From a virus (taxonomy: Duplodnaviria > Caudoviricetes), in the IMG/VR virus record IMGVR_UViG_3300006852_000005, positions 1-64,000 of that record: a stretch of 64,000 nucleotides of DNA. One strand, written 5' to 3'. The notes under the pieces were generated by a model. That model was not told the origin of the DNA. It saw nothing but the letters and a program-made list of their open reading frames with translations, and did no database searches. The translations under genes and the position numbers were made by a program. Within the stretch, counting starts at the first letter, position 1. Every line of letters begins with the position of its first letter. Positions 19,042 through 28,334 of the stretch are shown here, in pieces.

Positions 19042-19631
19042 CTCGAGGCCAATCCGCTCGTGTTGCCACCGTGTACGTGGTACGTCCAGGTCAGGCGATC
19101 GGTGCCGATGAACTTTGCCTGACCCTGCTTCGCCAGCTCGACGACGCCGAGAATGAACTGCCAGTCCTCCCACGGCTCACGCCATCCTGAACCTTCGGGC
19201 GCCTCAGGATGAAAGCCGACCGCGTGCGCGACCTCAGTCCGCACCAGCACCGTCATGGTGGTGTGATGTGGCTCGTCGAGAACCATCTGCCGACCACGAT
19301 GCATCGGGAATGGGTTGTTGCCGTCAAACCACGAGTACGCAAAGTCAGCCTCGTGTTCACGGACCAGATCGTGAAGTACCTCAAGGTGATCGGGATAGAA
19401 CGTATCATCATCGTCGAGGAAGGCCGACCACTCGGTTCTAACGGCGTCTAACGCACGCTGACGAGTGATCCCCGCACCTGCGTGCTCCGTATCCAACGAC
19501 ACCGAAATAGCCTTAGGAGGACGAGTCTGATGCCTGACCGACTCCATGCAGAGGTGCAGCATGCCGTTGCAGACACGTGGCGGAATGGTCGGCGTTACCA
19601 CGGTGATTTGGTCGTCCTTGTAATCAACCAT
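19035..19631 (-). CDS. GT2-family glycosyltransferase (paralog of neighbour)
   Basis: SVRHQT, AFLDDDD, EDW; shared tail HG.N.SGLASR. Confidence 0.85.
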   Translation of the reverse strand: MVDYKDDQITVVTPTIPPRVCNGMLHLCMESVRHQTRPPKAISVSLDTEHAGAGITRQRALDAVRTEWSAFLDDDDTFYPDHLEVLHDLVREHEADFAYSWFDGNNPFPMHRGRQMVLDEPHHTTMTVLVRTEVAHAVGFHPEAPEGSGWREPWEDWQFILGVVELAKQGQAKFIGTDRLTWTYHVHGGNTSGLASRW

Positions 19632-20268
19632 GAGGATGTAGGATCCAATCACGATGCCACGGTAAGTTGTAGTTCCATCGTAGCTCTGGATGTAGTCTAA
19701 AGAGAACCGGCAGGCTTAGCTGGTCTTGGTGAGACCAGTTGACGCACTCGGTCCACCAGAGGTGTGAGACGTTGAGCACAGCCTCACTGTGCCGTCGAGC
19801 GTTCGCTCCAGTCGCATGAAGTCCCCAGTTTTCAGGGTGCCCGATGGAACGATAAAAGTTGGCCTGCTCGATGACGCGCTGGTTGGCGTAGCGTGCGAGT
19901 GTTGAGGAAAAAGTTGCCTCAGGATAGATGCAAGTGCGCCACGGGTGGGCCACAGTAGCCCAATCATCTGAACCCAGAGCCGCCACGCATCTCTCAAAGT
20001 AGTCCTCAACGATGACCTCCATTGAGCCGTCGATCCACAAGCTAACATCCACACCGGGCATCGCCTCGTCAGGATGAGTCTTCCAGTACTTATGCTGCAT
20101 CATCTTGTCGCCCGGCGCCACGTGCTCCATGTCACGGACTCGTACCTCCCAGCAATCGGGAGCTACGATATCCATGTCATCGGTGTACATGACGCCTCGC
20201 ATGCCAGCCGGCAACTTCTTAGGCGTCTCATATCCACCATAGACGGCGGTGTAGAGACCTACCTTCAC
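19624..20268 (-). CDS. DUF616/TOD1-MUCI70-like glycosyltransferase
   Basis: YTAVYGGYE, SLWIDGS, HPWRTCIY.EA, DQLSLP. Confidence 0.8.
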   Translation of the reverse strand: MKVGLYTAVYGGYETPKKLPAGMRGVMYTDDMDIVAPDCWEVRVRDMEHVAPGDKMMQHKYWKTHPDEAMPGVDVSLWIDGSMEVIVEDYFERCVAALGSDDWATVAHPWRTCIYPEATFSSTLARYANQRVIEQANFYRSIGHPENWGLHATGANARRHSEAVLNVSHLWWTECVNWSHQDQLSLPVLFRLHPELRWNYNLPWHRDWILHPHG

Positions 20269-21074
20269 GGCCGATACGCCTCCACGGTTCGAATGAGGTC
20301 ATCGAAGTTGAAGCTAGGCTCCCAGCCAAGTAGGTCCCAGCCCTGACCACGTGCGACGATGTGCGTCGGATCCTCACCGTCTCGCATAGGATGATGCTCA
20401 ACTGGCGACGTCGACTGCGCGATCGCCTTGATCATGCTGACGACATTGTTGACCGTCCACATCGAACCTGTGCCACCCTCGAAGACCTGGTCATCGCTGA
20501 ACTTGGTGGCATCCACCAGCATGCGCGCCACGTCGTCGACGTAGATCAGGTCGACACCCTGCTTGCCATCACCCCAGACCGGGATCGGCTCATTACGCCA
20601 GGCCGCCACCGCAGCGGTAGGCACCAGCTTCTGAGGATGGCCTGGTCCGACCGCCTGACCTGGTCCGAAGACGTTGAATGCGCGGACGTGGCTAACCTTC
20701 AGGCCACGCGAGTGATGGAGCGCCTTAGCGATCCGCTGGGTGGCTACCTTGGTCGCGGTGTAGATGCTGGGGAAGACGTCTGGCATGAGAATGCCGACGT
20801 ACGAGGCATCGTGCTGCAAACACCAGTCCATGATCCGGTACGAGCCGGTGATGTTGACGTCGATGGCTGTCTGAACCTCATCGAACAGTTCATGCGTGCC
20901 CAAGACACCGGCCAGGTGGATGATCGCGTCCGAGCCGTCCAGCGCATCGAGTGGACCTAGCACATCGTTACCATCACGACGATCAAAGAACGAGACCTCA
21001 TGGCCTCCTTCCTTGGCGATCCGCGCGGTGGCGTCCCCGATGAATCCCTTACCACCCGTGATGGTGATCTTCAT
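20265..21074 (-). CDS. NAD-dependent nucleotide-sugar epimerase/dehydratase
   Basis: TGGKGFIG, IHLAG, YTATK, NVFGPGQ. Confidence 0.9.
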   Translation of the reverse strand: MKITITGGKGFIGDATARIAKEGGHEVSFFDRRDGNDVLGPLDALDGSDAIIHLAGVLGTHELFDEVQTAIDVNITGSYRIMDWCLQHDASYVGILMPDVFPSIYTATKVATQRIAKALHHSRGLKVSHVRAFNVFGPGQAVGPGHPQKLVPTAAVAAWRNEPIPVWGDGKQGVDLIYVDDVARMLVDATKFSDDQVFEGGTGSMWTVNNVVSMIKAIAQSTSPVEHHPMRDGEDPTHIVARGQGWDLLGWEPSFNFDDLIRTVEAYRP

Positions 21075-21688
21075 TATGACCTCATCTTCTCCAAAAAGAC
21101 GGTTGGATTGACCGCTAGTGATCGGTCGATGGCCCAGAGCGGTACGGTGTCTTCGGCGATGTACGTCGCCAGCATCTCGTGATAATTGATCTTAACGTTG
21201 TTGAAGTTCGAGACCACCAGCACGCCGGTCGGTGTAACGTCGATCAACGTCACATCAAGGTCATAGCGCTGCAGTATCGGGTAGATCTTCCAGACGTCGC
21301 CGGTCCAGTCGCCCGGCAGTGGTTCGCGTCCGGCGATGGCAGCGTTGTACGGTAAGACATCATCAAAGACCACGACGGCGTTGTCACTCATGAAACGCTG
21401 GACGTTCATGAAGTCACGAAGCGCGTACTCGAAGAGATGCATGCCATCGATGAATGCTAAGTCGATCAGCGGTAGCGTCAAACCCGGCTGCGCGAAGTAG
21501 TCATCACTTGTCATAGCGTAGATGGCCTGCTGGCCACTCGCTGTCACGCGCGGGTACGGATCGATACCAATCGCCGGACACGTGGCCAGTGAGAGACTGT
21601 AGCCGAACTGCACACCGATCTCGAGGTACATCCGAGGCTGGAGCATTAGATGAAGCTCCGCTAGAAACTCATGTCGTGTCATCACCAT
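21074..21688 (-). CDS. Class I SAM methyltransferase (Methyltransf_24-like, probably glycan O-methylation)
   Basis: YLEIGV..G.S, AFIDGMH.FEYALRDF, WTGDVWK. Confidence 0.85.
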   Translation of the reverse strand: MVMTRHEFLAELHLMLQPRMYLEIGVQFGYSLSLATCPAIGIDPYPRVTASGQQAIYAMTSDDYFAQPGLTLPLIDLAFIDGMHLFEYALRDFMNVQRFMSDNAVVVFDDVLPYNAAIAGREPLPGDWTGDVWKIYPILQRYDLDVTLIDVTPTGVLVVSNFNNVKINYHEMLATYIAEDTVPLWAIDRSLAVNPTVFLEKMRS

Positions 21689-22326
21689 GGTCGACGTCCC
21701 CACTTGTCCACGAAGGCCTGCATGTCACGCGCACTCTGCTCGGCCAGAACACCGGTGGTCGTCGTATCGGCCAGTGTGTTAGCTACCACAGGACCAGGGA
21801 TCATCATCAGTCCACCCGACGCACGTGCTTGTGCCGAGATGTCATCGTCACCACACCACCAACGGAACTGCTCATCAAACCGAAGGCCAGACTCACCGCG
21901 AAGCATGAACGCCCAGCCGGTGACGCGGGTGGAGATGGCAAATGGCGCGGTGTCTGTGATCAGCGTCGGCACGGGATAATACTGACTCACGCAGGCGGCG
22001 ACGGCGGTCGAGGCGCGCATGTGATCCGAGACGTGAGAGAACCAGCCGCCCCAGACGATGGCATCATCATTGAGGATCGCGACGTCCCACGTCGTCTCAT
22101 TGTCCGCGTAATACCGGGCGTACTTCAGCCCACGGTTCCACAGCCGAGACAAGTTCGGTGGCTGCTCATCATCGTGAACGATGTGAACGTCCCTGACGGC
22201 TACGATCGGATCAGACGCGTTGTCGATAACAATGATGTGATCGACCTGGTCACGGATCGAGTCCACACAGCGTTGCAGCTCATGTGGCCTGTTGTGCGTC
22301 GCGATGACGGCGGCTCGAATCGTCAC
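21682..22326 (-). CDS. GT2-family glycosyltransferase
   Basis: IATHNR, VIDNAS, ILNDD, FDE.F.WWCGDDD. Confidence 0.85.
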   Translation of the reverse strand: MTIRAAVIATHNRPHELQRCVDSIRDQVDHIIVIDNASDPIVAVRDVHIVHDDEQPPNLSRLWNRGLKYARYYADNETTWDVAILNDDAIVWGGWFSHVSDHMRASTAVAACVSQYYPVPTLITDTAPFAISTRVTGWAFMLRGESGLRFDEQFRWWCGDDDISAQARASGGLMMIPGPVVANTLADTTTTGVLAEQSARDMQAFVDKWGRRPW

Positions 22327-23360
22327 TATGTCATTCTACCACGCTGTAGCTTAATGGCAGTGTCCCAGGCCTCCGCCCAGCGCCACGCCTGCACCTCATA
22401 GGTCAAGCCTCGCATGAACGCCCGGCCAGCCTCAACCTGCGCATGGCGAAACGTCTCATCATCGAGTAGTCTCTTTACCGCTTCATACCACTGCTTCGGT
22501 GTCTCCGCCATAGTGCCACAGCCAGATTCGGCCTGCAGTCGACGGTACTCTTCACGTGGTGATGCAACCCATGGGATGCCCACCGCCATATACTCGATGC
22601 CCTTTAACCACGACTTTCCACGGTTGAACTTAGTGTTCGCCAACGGCACGATCCCGACGCCGATGTAGTCTCGGATCGTGCTGGCCCACTCGAAGATTCC
22701 TACGTCGCCGGTCATCGGTGGATGCTCACGTAGGCGTAGTGCGGTAGCTGTATGCTTGTCCCCGCCAACCACGTTGAACACGTAACCCTCGTCGATGAGT
22801 CGCTGTGGCGTTGGGTTCATGATCGTTAGGTCGTTGTAGTGACTCAATGTGTTGCCGGACCAGCCGAACGATACCATCTCACTCGGCGCCATGGTCAGGT
22901 ATGCAGCGGGAACGCAGTTGGGCAACACGACACCACGGTCGCGTGCGTCATACACATCGAGAAGTGACGATGTTGACGTGGTGATGAACGTAGCTTGCTG
23001 ACACGCCTCGACGGTGTACTTCCACGAGTAGTGCTTACTCTTAGTATGACGATAGTACGTGTACGCAAAGTTCTTAGGATCGATCGCGGTGATGTCATCG
23101 TCCATGTCGATGACTACGGCGATCCCAGCCTTGCGAAGCGCGTCGATGAGCAGCACGTGGAACACCGATGCCGGCCGCTGCATGACAACGAGCTCGGTGT
23201 CGGGTGGTATGACCACCTTGTTGTCATCGGTGAGGAAGAGACGGTGCTTACCCGGCTGGATGAGCTTCACGTCGAGACCATGATGCTTCAAGACCTGCGT
23301 TGCCCAGATCAGCCTGTAATACCCGCAACCCCACTCATCGACAGGCATCACATAGATCAT
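22326..23360 (-). CDS. GT-B glycosyltransferase (paralog of 17396-18436)
   Basis: GCGYYRLIW, IDMDDD, FNRGKSWLKGIEY. Confidence 0.85.
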   Translation of the reverse strand: MIYVMPVDEWGCGYYRLIWATQVLKHHGLDVKLIQPGKHRLFLTDDNKVVIPPDTELVVMQRPASVFHVLLIDALRKAGIAVVIDMDDDITAIDPKNFAYTYYRHTKSKHYSWKYTVEACQQATFITTSTSSLLDVYDARDRGVVLPNCVPAAYLTMAPSEMVSFGWSGNTLSHYNDLTIMNPTPQRLIDEGYVFNVVGGDKHTATALRLREHPPMTGDVGIFEWASTIRDYIGVGIVPLANTKFNRGKSWLKGIEYMAVGIPWVASPREEYRRLQAESGCGTMAETPKQWYEAVKRLLDDETFRHAQVEAGRAFMRGLTYEVQAWRWAEAWDTAIKLQRGRMT

Positions 23361-24070
23361 GAAGCAATACGTCCCGGTGTCGAGTAGTAGATTTCAAGAA
23401 CACTACCACCATCGGTGTTTGCCGTGTTCAGCGGCGCACCGGAGTTCTGAATCGCGCGAAGACCTACGTAGTCCGTTGTGCCGTTGAGGAGCGCGGCACC
23501 GGCTGCCTGAATCTGACATGAACCGGTCGCAGGAGTCTGTAGCGACTGACCGGCGCGTGTGCCGGTGCCACTTGTTGTTCCGTTGGTGTTAATGCCGGCA
23601 AACCGTCGTGATGTCGCGTTGGCGGTCCAAACGACGCGACCAACACAGTAGTACCACCCCGGAATCTGAGCGATGACACGATCGGGTGTACCTGTCTTGA
23701 ACCAACCTAGCGGATCATAGTCAACCGTGTCGAAGTTGATGAACGCTCCAGAGCCCGCATCGGCGATCGACTGTGGTGTGTTCTGGATGAGCCTGACGAC
23801 AAGTTCACCCTCGTCGAAGAAGTTACCCAACTTGCCAATGACGTACACAGCCTCGTTTGGCACGATGAGGCACATCACGCGTGCGTTGAGGTTGATGCCA
23901 CCGATCAAGTTGATCACAGACACCGGTGCGTCGTCACCGTCGATGAGCGCCTGAGCTGACGCACGTGAGATGTCGATGTTTGAGATGCGTCCCGGACGTA
24001 AGATCCACTTCAGCCCGAGGACCTTGGCGTTTTCGACGATCGCCTGCACAAGGAGTTGGGTTTCGTCCAT
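23357..24070 (-). CDS. Minor tail / receptor-binding protein
   Basis: C1q-like beta domain (FDTV.YD, PGWY, QNSG); last tail gene. Confidence 0.6.
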   Translation of the reverse strand: MDETQLLVQAIVENAKVLGLKWILRPGRISNIDISRASAQALIDGDDAPVSVINLIGGINLNARVMCLIVPNEAVYVIGKLGNFFDEGELVVRLIQNTPQSIADAGSGAFINFDTVDYDPLGWFKTGTPDRVIAQIPGWYYCVGRVVWTANATSRRFAGINTNGTTSGTGTRAGQSLQTPATGSCQIQAAGAALLNGTTDYVGLRAIQNSGAPLNTANTDGGSVLEIYYSTPGRIAS

Positions 24071-25140
24071 TACGCGTACGCCCTCACGAGGGTATGAGTC
24101 ATCAATCCATTGGGGTTAAGATCGAGTGACCACGCGATCTCAAGCCACTGGGAACCGTCGAAGATGCAGACGTCATATGAGTCGTGTCGTGGATCAGGTG
24201 CTGACGAGAACGTCGCACGCTCGACAACCAGTGATCGCAGTCCGATGTTCCGCGCGACGGCGACCGCTTGCGCGTTGTTAGTGAGCTGGACATCTGTGAC
24301 ACTGGCAATGACGAATCCGCGATTCTGGATGGAGTGTGGCGCGGACGGTGGAATGTCATATGATCCAACGATCGGCGCGTCGCTAGCGCTGTCACTGTTC
24401 GATACCACGATGAAACGATTAGGCGCGGTCAGGATGTCTGTGGTGCTTGAAATGCTGTCCTGAATGATGCGCTTCTCGGTGTCGAAGTCGATGTTAGCCT
24501 CAGCTGCCGCTGGATCGATCGTTCGCACCATGCGGAACAGTCCATTGTTGTCGATCCAAGCGGTCTGGTAGTCACCTTGGGTTGCCAGCGTGTCGAGGAT
24601 CTGACCTCGCTGTGACCCAATCGACGTTGATACACTCGCAAGATATGGACTTGTCTCCACACGAATAAGTATGTCGAAGTCAGTTAAGATGCGTGAGATC
24701 GCGATCGTCACGCTGTCTTGACTTGTGAATGACTTAGAGATCGGCTGATCGATCATGAACATCTCATCAACGAGTTGCACGTTGGCTTCGTTGCCGCCGG
24801 TGGACACCTGCTGTAGGTTATCGGTGAACATATAACGACCCAGCGGGAAGCGCACACCACTCACGACCATAAACAACGCGACCCGGTCGGTGATCGGATT
24901 GATCGCAGCTGTGTCGGCGACCGTCAGTGACATGTTAAGTTGACGCTTGATGATACGTGAGATGTCGTGTGTCAGCTGCGCGTTCGTGATGTATGGGTTC
25001 AGGTCATTGTAGTTCTCGCCCGTCACACCGTTGTAGTGCTGAAACACGTAAGACAGTGTACGAACGCCGAAGCCATCGGTTAGCTCGAGAAACGGGCTAC
25101 GTTCCTTGGTGACGTATGGTACAAGGCCAGGCCATGTCAT
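24070..25140 (-). CDS. Minor tail protein (baseplate hub-like)
   Basis: FPLGRY, DPRHDSYD; position after the tail genes. Confidence 0.65.
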   Translation of the reverse strand: MTWPGLVPYVTKERSPFLELTDGFGVRTLSYVFQHYNGVTGENYNDLNPYITNAQLTHDISRIIKRQLNMSLTVADTAAINPITDRVALFMVVSGVRFPLGRYMFTDNLQQVSTGGNEANVQLVDEMFMIDQPISKSFTSQDSVTIAISRILTDFDILIRVETSPYLASVSTSIGSQRGQILDTLATQGDYQTAWIDNNGLFRMVRTIDPAAAEANIDFDTEKRIIQDSISSTTDILTAPNRFIVVSNSDSASDAPIVGSYDIPPSAPHSIQNRGFVIASVTDVQLTNNAQAVAVARNIGLRSLVVERATFSSAPDPRHDSYDVCIFDGSQWLEIAWSLDLNPNGLMTHTLVRAYA

Positions 25141-28100
25141 GTGTTCACCGTCGGATCGATCGCGTACGCGGTATCGGTGACCTCAGAGACGGCGATCGGT
25201 GCCAGGTAGAGCTGGCGATTGCGTCGTACGGCTCCGGCAGGTACCTGCACGACCGCCAACCAGCGATCACCGATCTCAGTACGCACGCAGACGTACGGAA
25301 CGTCCGCCCAGGCCATGTCGCGTAGTGACGACATGTTGGCGAGTCGCTCAGGCGATACCGCAGCGTTGTGCAGAAGAAGAGTTCGTGCGAACTGCTCGCC
25401 ACCACGTTCGGTGCCCTTGAACGCGACAGCGAAGTCACGCTGATACACGCGGTTCAGTGAAAGCGTGGCAGCCTCAGGGAAACTGAAGTCCTCCGACACC
25501 TGCTGCTCCCACGACTGGACGTAAGCTAAGTTGTACCGACCGTCTTGCGCGGCGTTCGTCGTGAAGATGAGGACGCCTACGCCATCCATGCACGATCCGC
25601 CACTGACGCCCGGTGCCGTCAGCGTGCTGGTGAACTCACTGGACCATGGGCCGGCGAAGTTGAGCATGTCGACGATGCGCATACGATACGTCGACAAGAT
25701 GCCGACGCGCGCCTCGTAGTCGTTCATGTACCATGAGCATGGGCTACCACGCATGATCGTCTGCCATTCGGTCAGATCATCCATACGCTGCAATTCGTAG
25801 AAGCCACCATCCCCCAGCGCGGATGGATAAGCACAGTAGTCGTCGACGTACACATTCACACGTTGCGTCAATGTGTCCGTCGTAAACTGCATACCTGTGA
25901 TACCTGACGCGGTAAGTGCTGAGTCCGTGGCATAAGTTATCGAGGTCTGAATGACGTTACCCTCATCATCAAGACGCTGTAGCTTCACGCGTAACATGGC
26001 GCCTGTGACGTTGAACGTGACACGTATCTTTTGATCGACCCCAAAGTGCAAGGTGTTATCATATGTGACCAACGTGGTGGTAACGCCTGCGACGTTCTTG
26101 TCGATCGCGACGCCTACGAGACCGTTCGTGTTCAAGAGAAGACGTGCTCGGTAGAAGTTATTCGTATCGATGAAGCGCGCAAGAAGACTGACGCCAGCAC
26201 TCGCGCCACTGATCGGTGCTGTGGTCCAGATCGTGGCCGCGACCTCAACATCGGTGAGTGACTTAGGTTGCGTGATGAAGTACGACACGCCGGCAGGCGG
26301 AAGTGTCACCTGGGCTGCCGTACCCGAGACGGCAAAGGCGCTCAGATCACCGGCCTGGAGAGTCCATACACCTCCGGTGTCAGCTGTGCCCCAGCCACTT
26401 ACGGCGGACCGTGTGAACGTGTCCGCTACACCCATGGCCCACGAGATCTTGTTGTACTTCAAGCTGGTCGGCGTGCAGGAATCGCAGTCGACGCAGTCAC
26501 TAATCACAGCACTCAGTGACTGTGACTGCTCGGCTAGACTGATGCCTGTGACCGCGGGTGGATTCACAGCAAACATCAACACAGCATCAGCCGTTGGGTC
26601 AACGGTCGCAGGAACCGCACTGACGCCTGTCGACAGCGGCACCTGGAGCCAGCGTAGCGCATCTGAGGCACCGCTAACCGGCCAGCCGTAGGTCGCTGTT
26701 CCGAGTTGATACGCCGTCGGCGTAGGTGTGTATTGGTTCGACGGCGTGCCGGAGATCGACGGCGCGATCATCGCCAAGATCTCCCAGCGATCGCCAGCGC
26801 TTTCACCGAACGATGACGTCTTCCACTGGAACGTCGGTCGTGTGCCGGTGAACGCCTGTGGCACGTCGAGCGTAAGTGTGACTTCCTTCCAACCGTCGAT
26901 GATGCCGTTCTCAGGCTCCAGCGCGTCCCACTCCGGTGGTGAAAGTGAAGCGATGACCTGCGTTGGTGATGACACGCGCACCAGATCGAGACGTGATGTT
27001 GTGTTACCAAACCGGCGAGCGTAGTACCTAACCTGCTGCGTGGTGACGCTACTGCCGATGTTTGAATCTTCAATCGTCTGCTCAGCGATGTTGTTGCCGT
27101 ACACCTGGGCAGCGACCTGGCGACCATATGGGTGGACGTCACCGATGATGGAAATGTCACTCTTGTGCAGCGTCAGCTGCAGTAAGACATCGGTCTCTTC
27201 CTTGGTGAACGTCTTTCCTACGATGTTTGGGCTGACCGGTGCTGGGTGATTGACCTGGATACCAGTGTGAAATGGGTTCTCGTAGAGCTGTCGGATCGCG
27301 TTCAACGACGGATATGGCTGCGCCAAGATCGTACCTGTGCCAGTCAGACCACGGGTGTCGCCGGTGTCGGCCGCGGCGAGAGTGAACGTGTATCTCTTGT
27401 TATCGAGCGTGATGCCACCGCTCGTAGGCTCAGATGGAACGTATAGTGTCGTAGAATTCATACCCTGCAGAAGGTGAACGCCACCGCCCATCGCGATGCG
27501 CTTCTCTTCGCAGTAGTAGATGTCCATCGCGACGTAGTACAGCTCAAACGTCTGGTTCTCAACGAAGTCCGCGGTCGAGTTGGATTGAAATCGAACGCGG
27601 ATCGAGTTGGCGGCGTTTTGATCGAATCGGCGTACGCTGGTTGGAGTCCACGGATGAGGCGTCGGCGACGGCAGACCCGGGTGATCGACAGCGAAGAACC
27701 AGTTTGTGTCGCCGATGTGCATGGTACCGAGTTCGTTGAACGTGGCTTGACCGTAGTCGATGCTGGTACCGACACCGAGACCCAAGAACGTCGAGTTAGG
27801 TTCGGAGGTGTTCGTCACCGCGGCGTTGTAGACGACGTCGATCGCTACGATGCGCTTGTTCCACAGCAGCTGATCGAACTGGCGAACCGAGAAGTACAGG
27901 TCGAGGATCTGGAAGACAGGACCGACACTCGTAGCGGTGATGAAGATGTATCTTCCATCATTGGGCTGGAATAGCGCCTCCTGAACGGTCGATGAGTTGA
28001 CTAGTGACGGACCACCACCGCCGCCACTAGCGCCACCCATGACCGGAACGCGAACGACCTGAATGGGCCCGGTCTCGGCCTCGGTGCCAGCCTCATACAA

Positions 28101-28334
28101 CGCCGCGAAGAAACTCTGTGTGACGAACGTTGCCACCACGGTGGAATCGACGCGCTCAGCCCACTTGTTGAGGTAGTACCGCGCGTTGGTTACGGCATCT
28201 GTGTTGTTGAAGTGATCGAACTGATAGCCGATCTCAACCGCGCTAACCGACGGTGAGAACTGTAGGTTCTCGTTGCGGATCGGCACCCACTCCTCACCGA
28301 TGATGTGAGGAAAGTGAGCGTTGTAAAGTCCCAT
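25137..28334 (-). CDS. Large minor tail protein
   Basis: Follows the tape measure; beta-rich, DTFTR...GWGTADTG motif. Confidence 0.7.
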   Translation of the reverse strand: MGLYNAHFPHIIGEEWVPIRNENLQFSPSVSAVEIGYQFDHFNNTDAVTNARYYLNKWAERVDSTVVATFVTQSFFAALYEAGTEAETGPIQVVRVPVMGGASGGGGGPSLVNSSTVQEALFQPNDGRYIFITATSVGPVFQILDLYFSVRQFDQLLWNKRIVAIDVVYNAAVTNTSEPNSTFLGLGVGTSIDYGQATFNELGTMHIGDTNWFFAVDHPGLPSPTPHPWTPTSVRRFDQNAANSIRVRFQSNSTADFVENQTFELYYVAMDIYYCEEKRIAMGGGVHLLQGMNSTTLYVPSEPTSGGITLDNKRYTFTLAAADTGDTRGLTGTGTILAQPYPSLNAIRQLYENPFHTGIQVNHPAPVSPNIVGKTFTKEETDVLLQLTLHKSDISIIGDVHPYGRQVAAQVYGNNIAEQTIEDSNIGSSVTTQQVRYYARRFGNTTSRLDLVRVSSPTQVIASLSPPEWDALEPENGIIDGWKEVTLTLDVPQAFTGTRPTFQWKTSSFGESAGDRWEILAMIAPSISGTPSNQYTPTPTAYQLGTATYGWPVSGASDALRWLQVPLSTGVSAVPATVDPTADAVLMFAVNPPAVTGISLAEQSQSLSAVISDCVDCDSCTPTSLKYNKISWAMGVADTFTRSAVSGWGTADTGGVWTLQAGDLSAFAVSGTAAQVTLPPAGVSYFITQPKSLTDVEVAATIWTTAPISGASAGVSLLARFIDTNNFYRARLLLNTNGLVGVAIDKNVAGVTTTLVTYDNTLHFGVDQKIRVTFNVTGAMLRVKLQRLDDEGNVIQTSITYATDSALTASGITGMQFTTDTLTQRVNVYVDDYCAYPSALGDGGFYELQRMDDLTEWQTIMRGSPCSWYMNDYEARVGILSTYRMRIVDMLNFAGPWSSEFTSTLTAPGVSGGSCMDGVGVLIFTTNAAQDGRYNLAYVQSWEQQVSEDFSFPEAATLSLNRVYQRDFAVAFKGTERGGEQFARTLLLHNAAVSPERLANMSSLRDMAWADVPYVCVRTEIGDRWLAVVQVPAGAVRRNRQLYLAPIAVSEVTDTAYAIDPTVNT

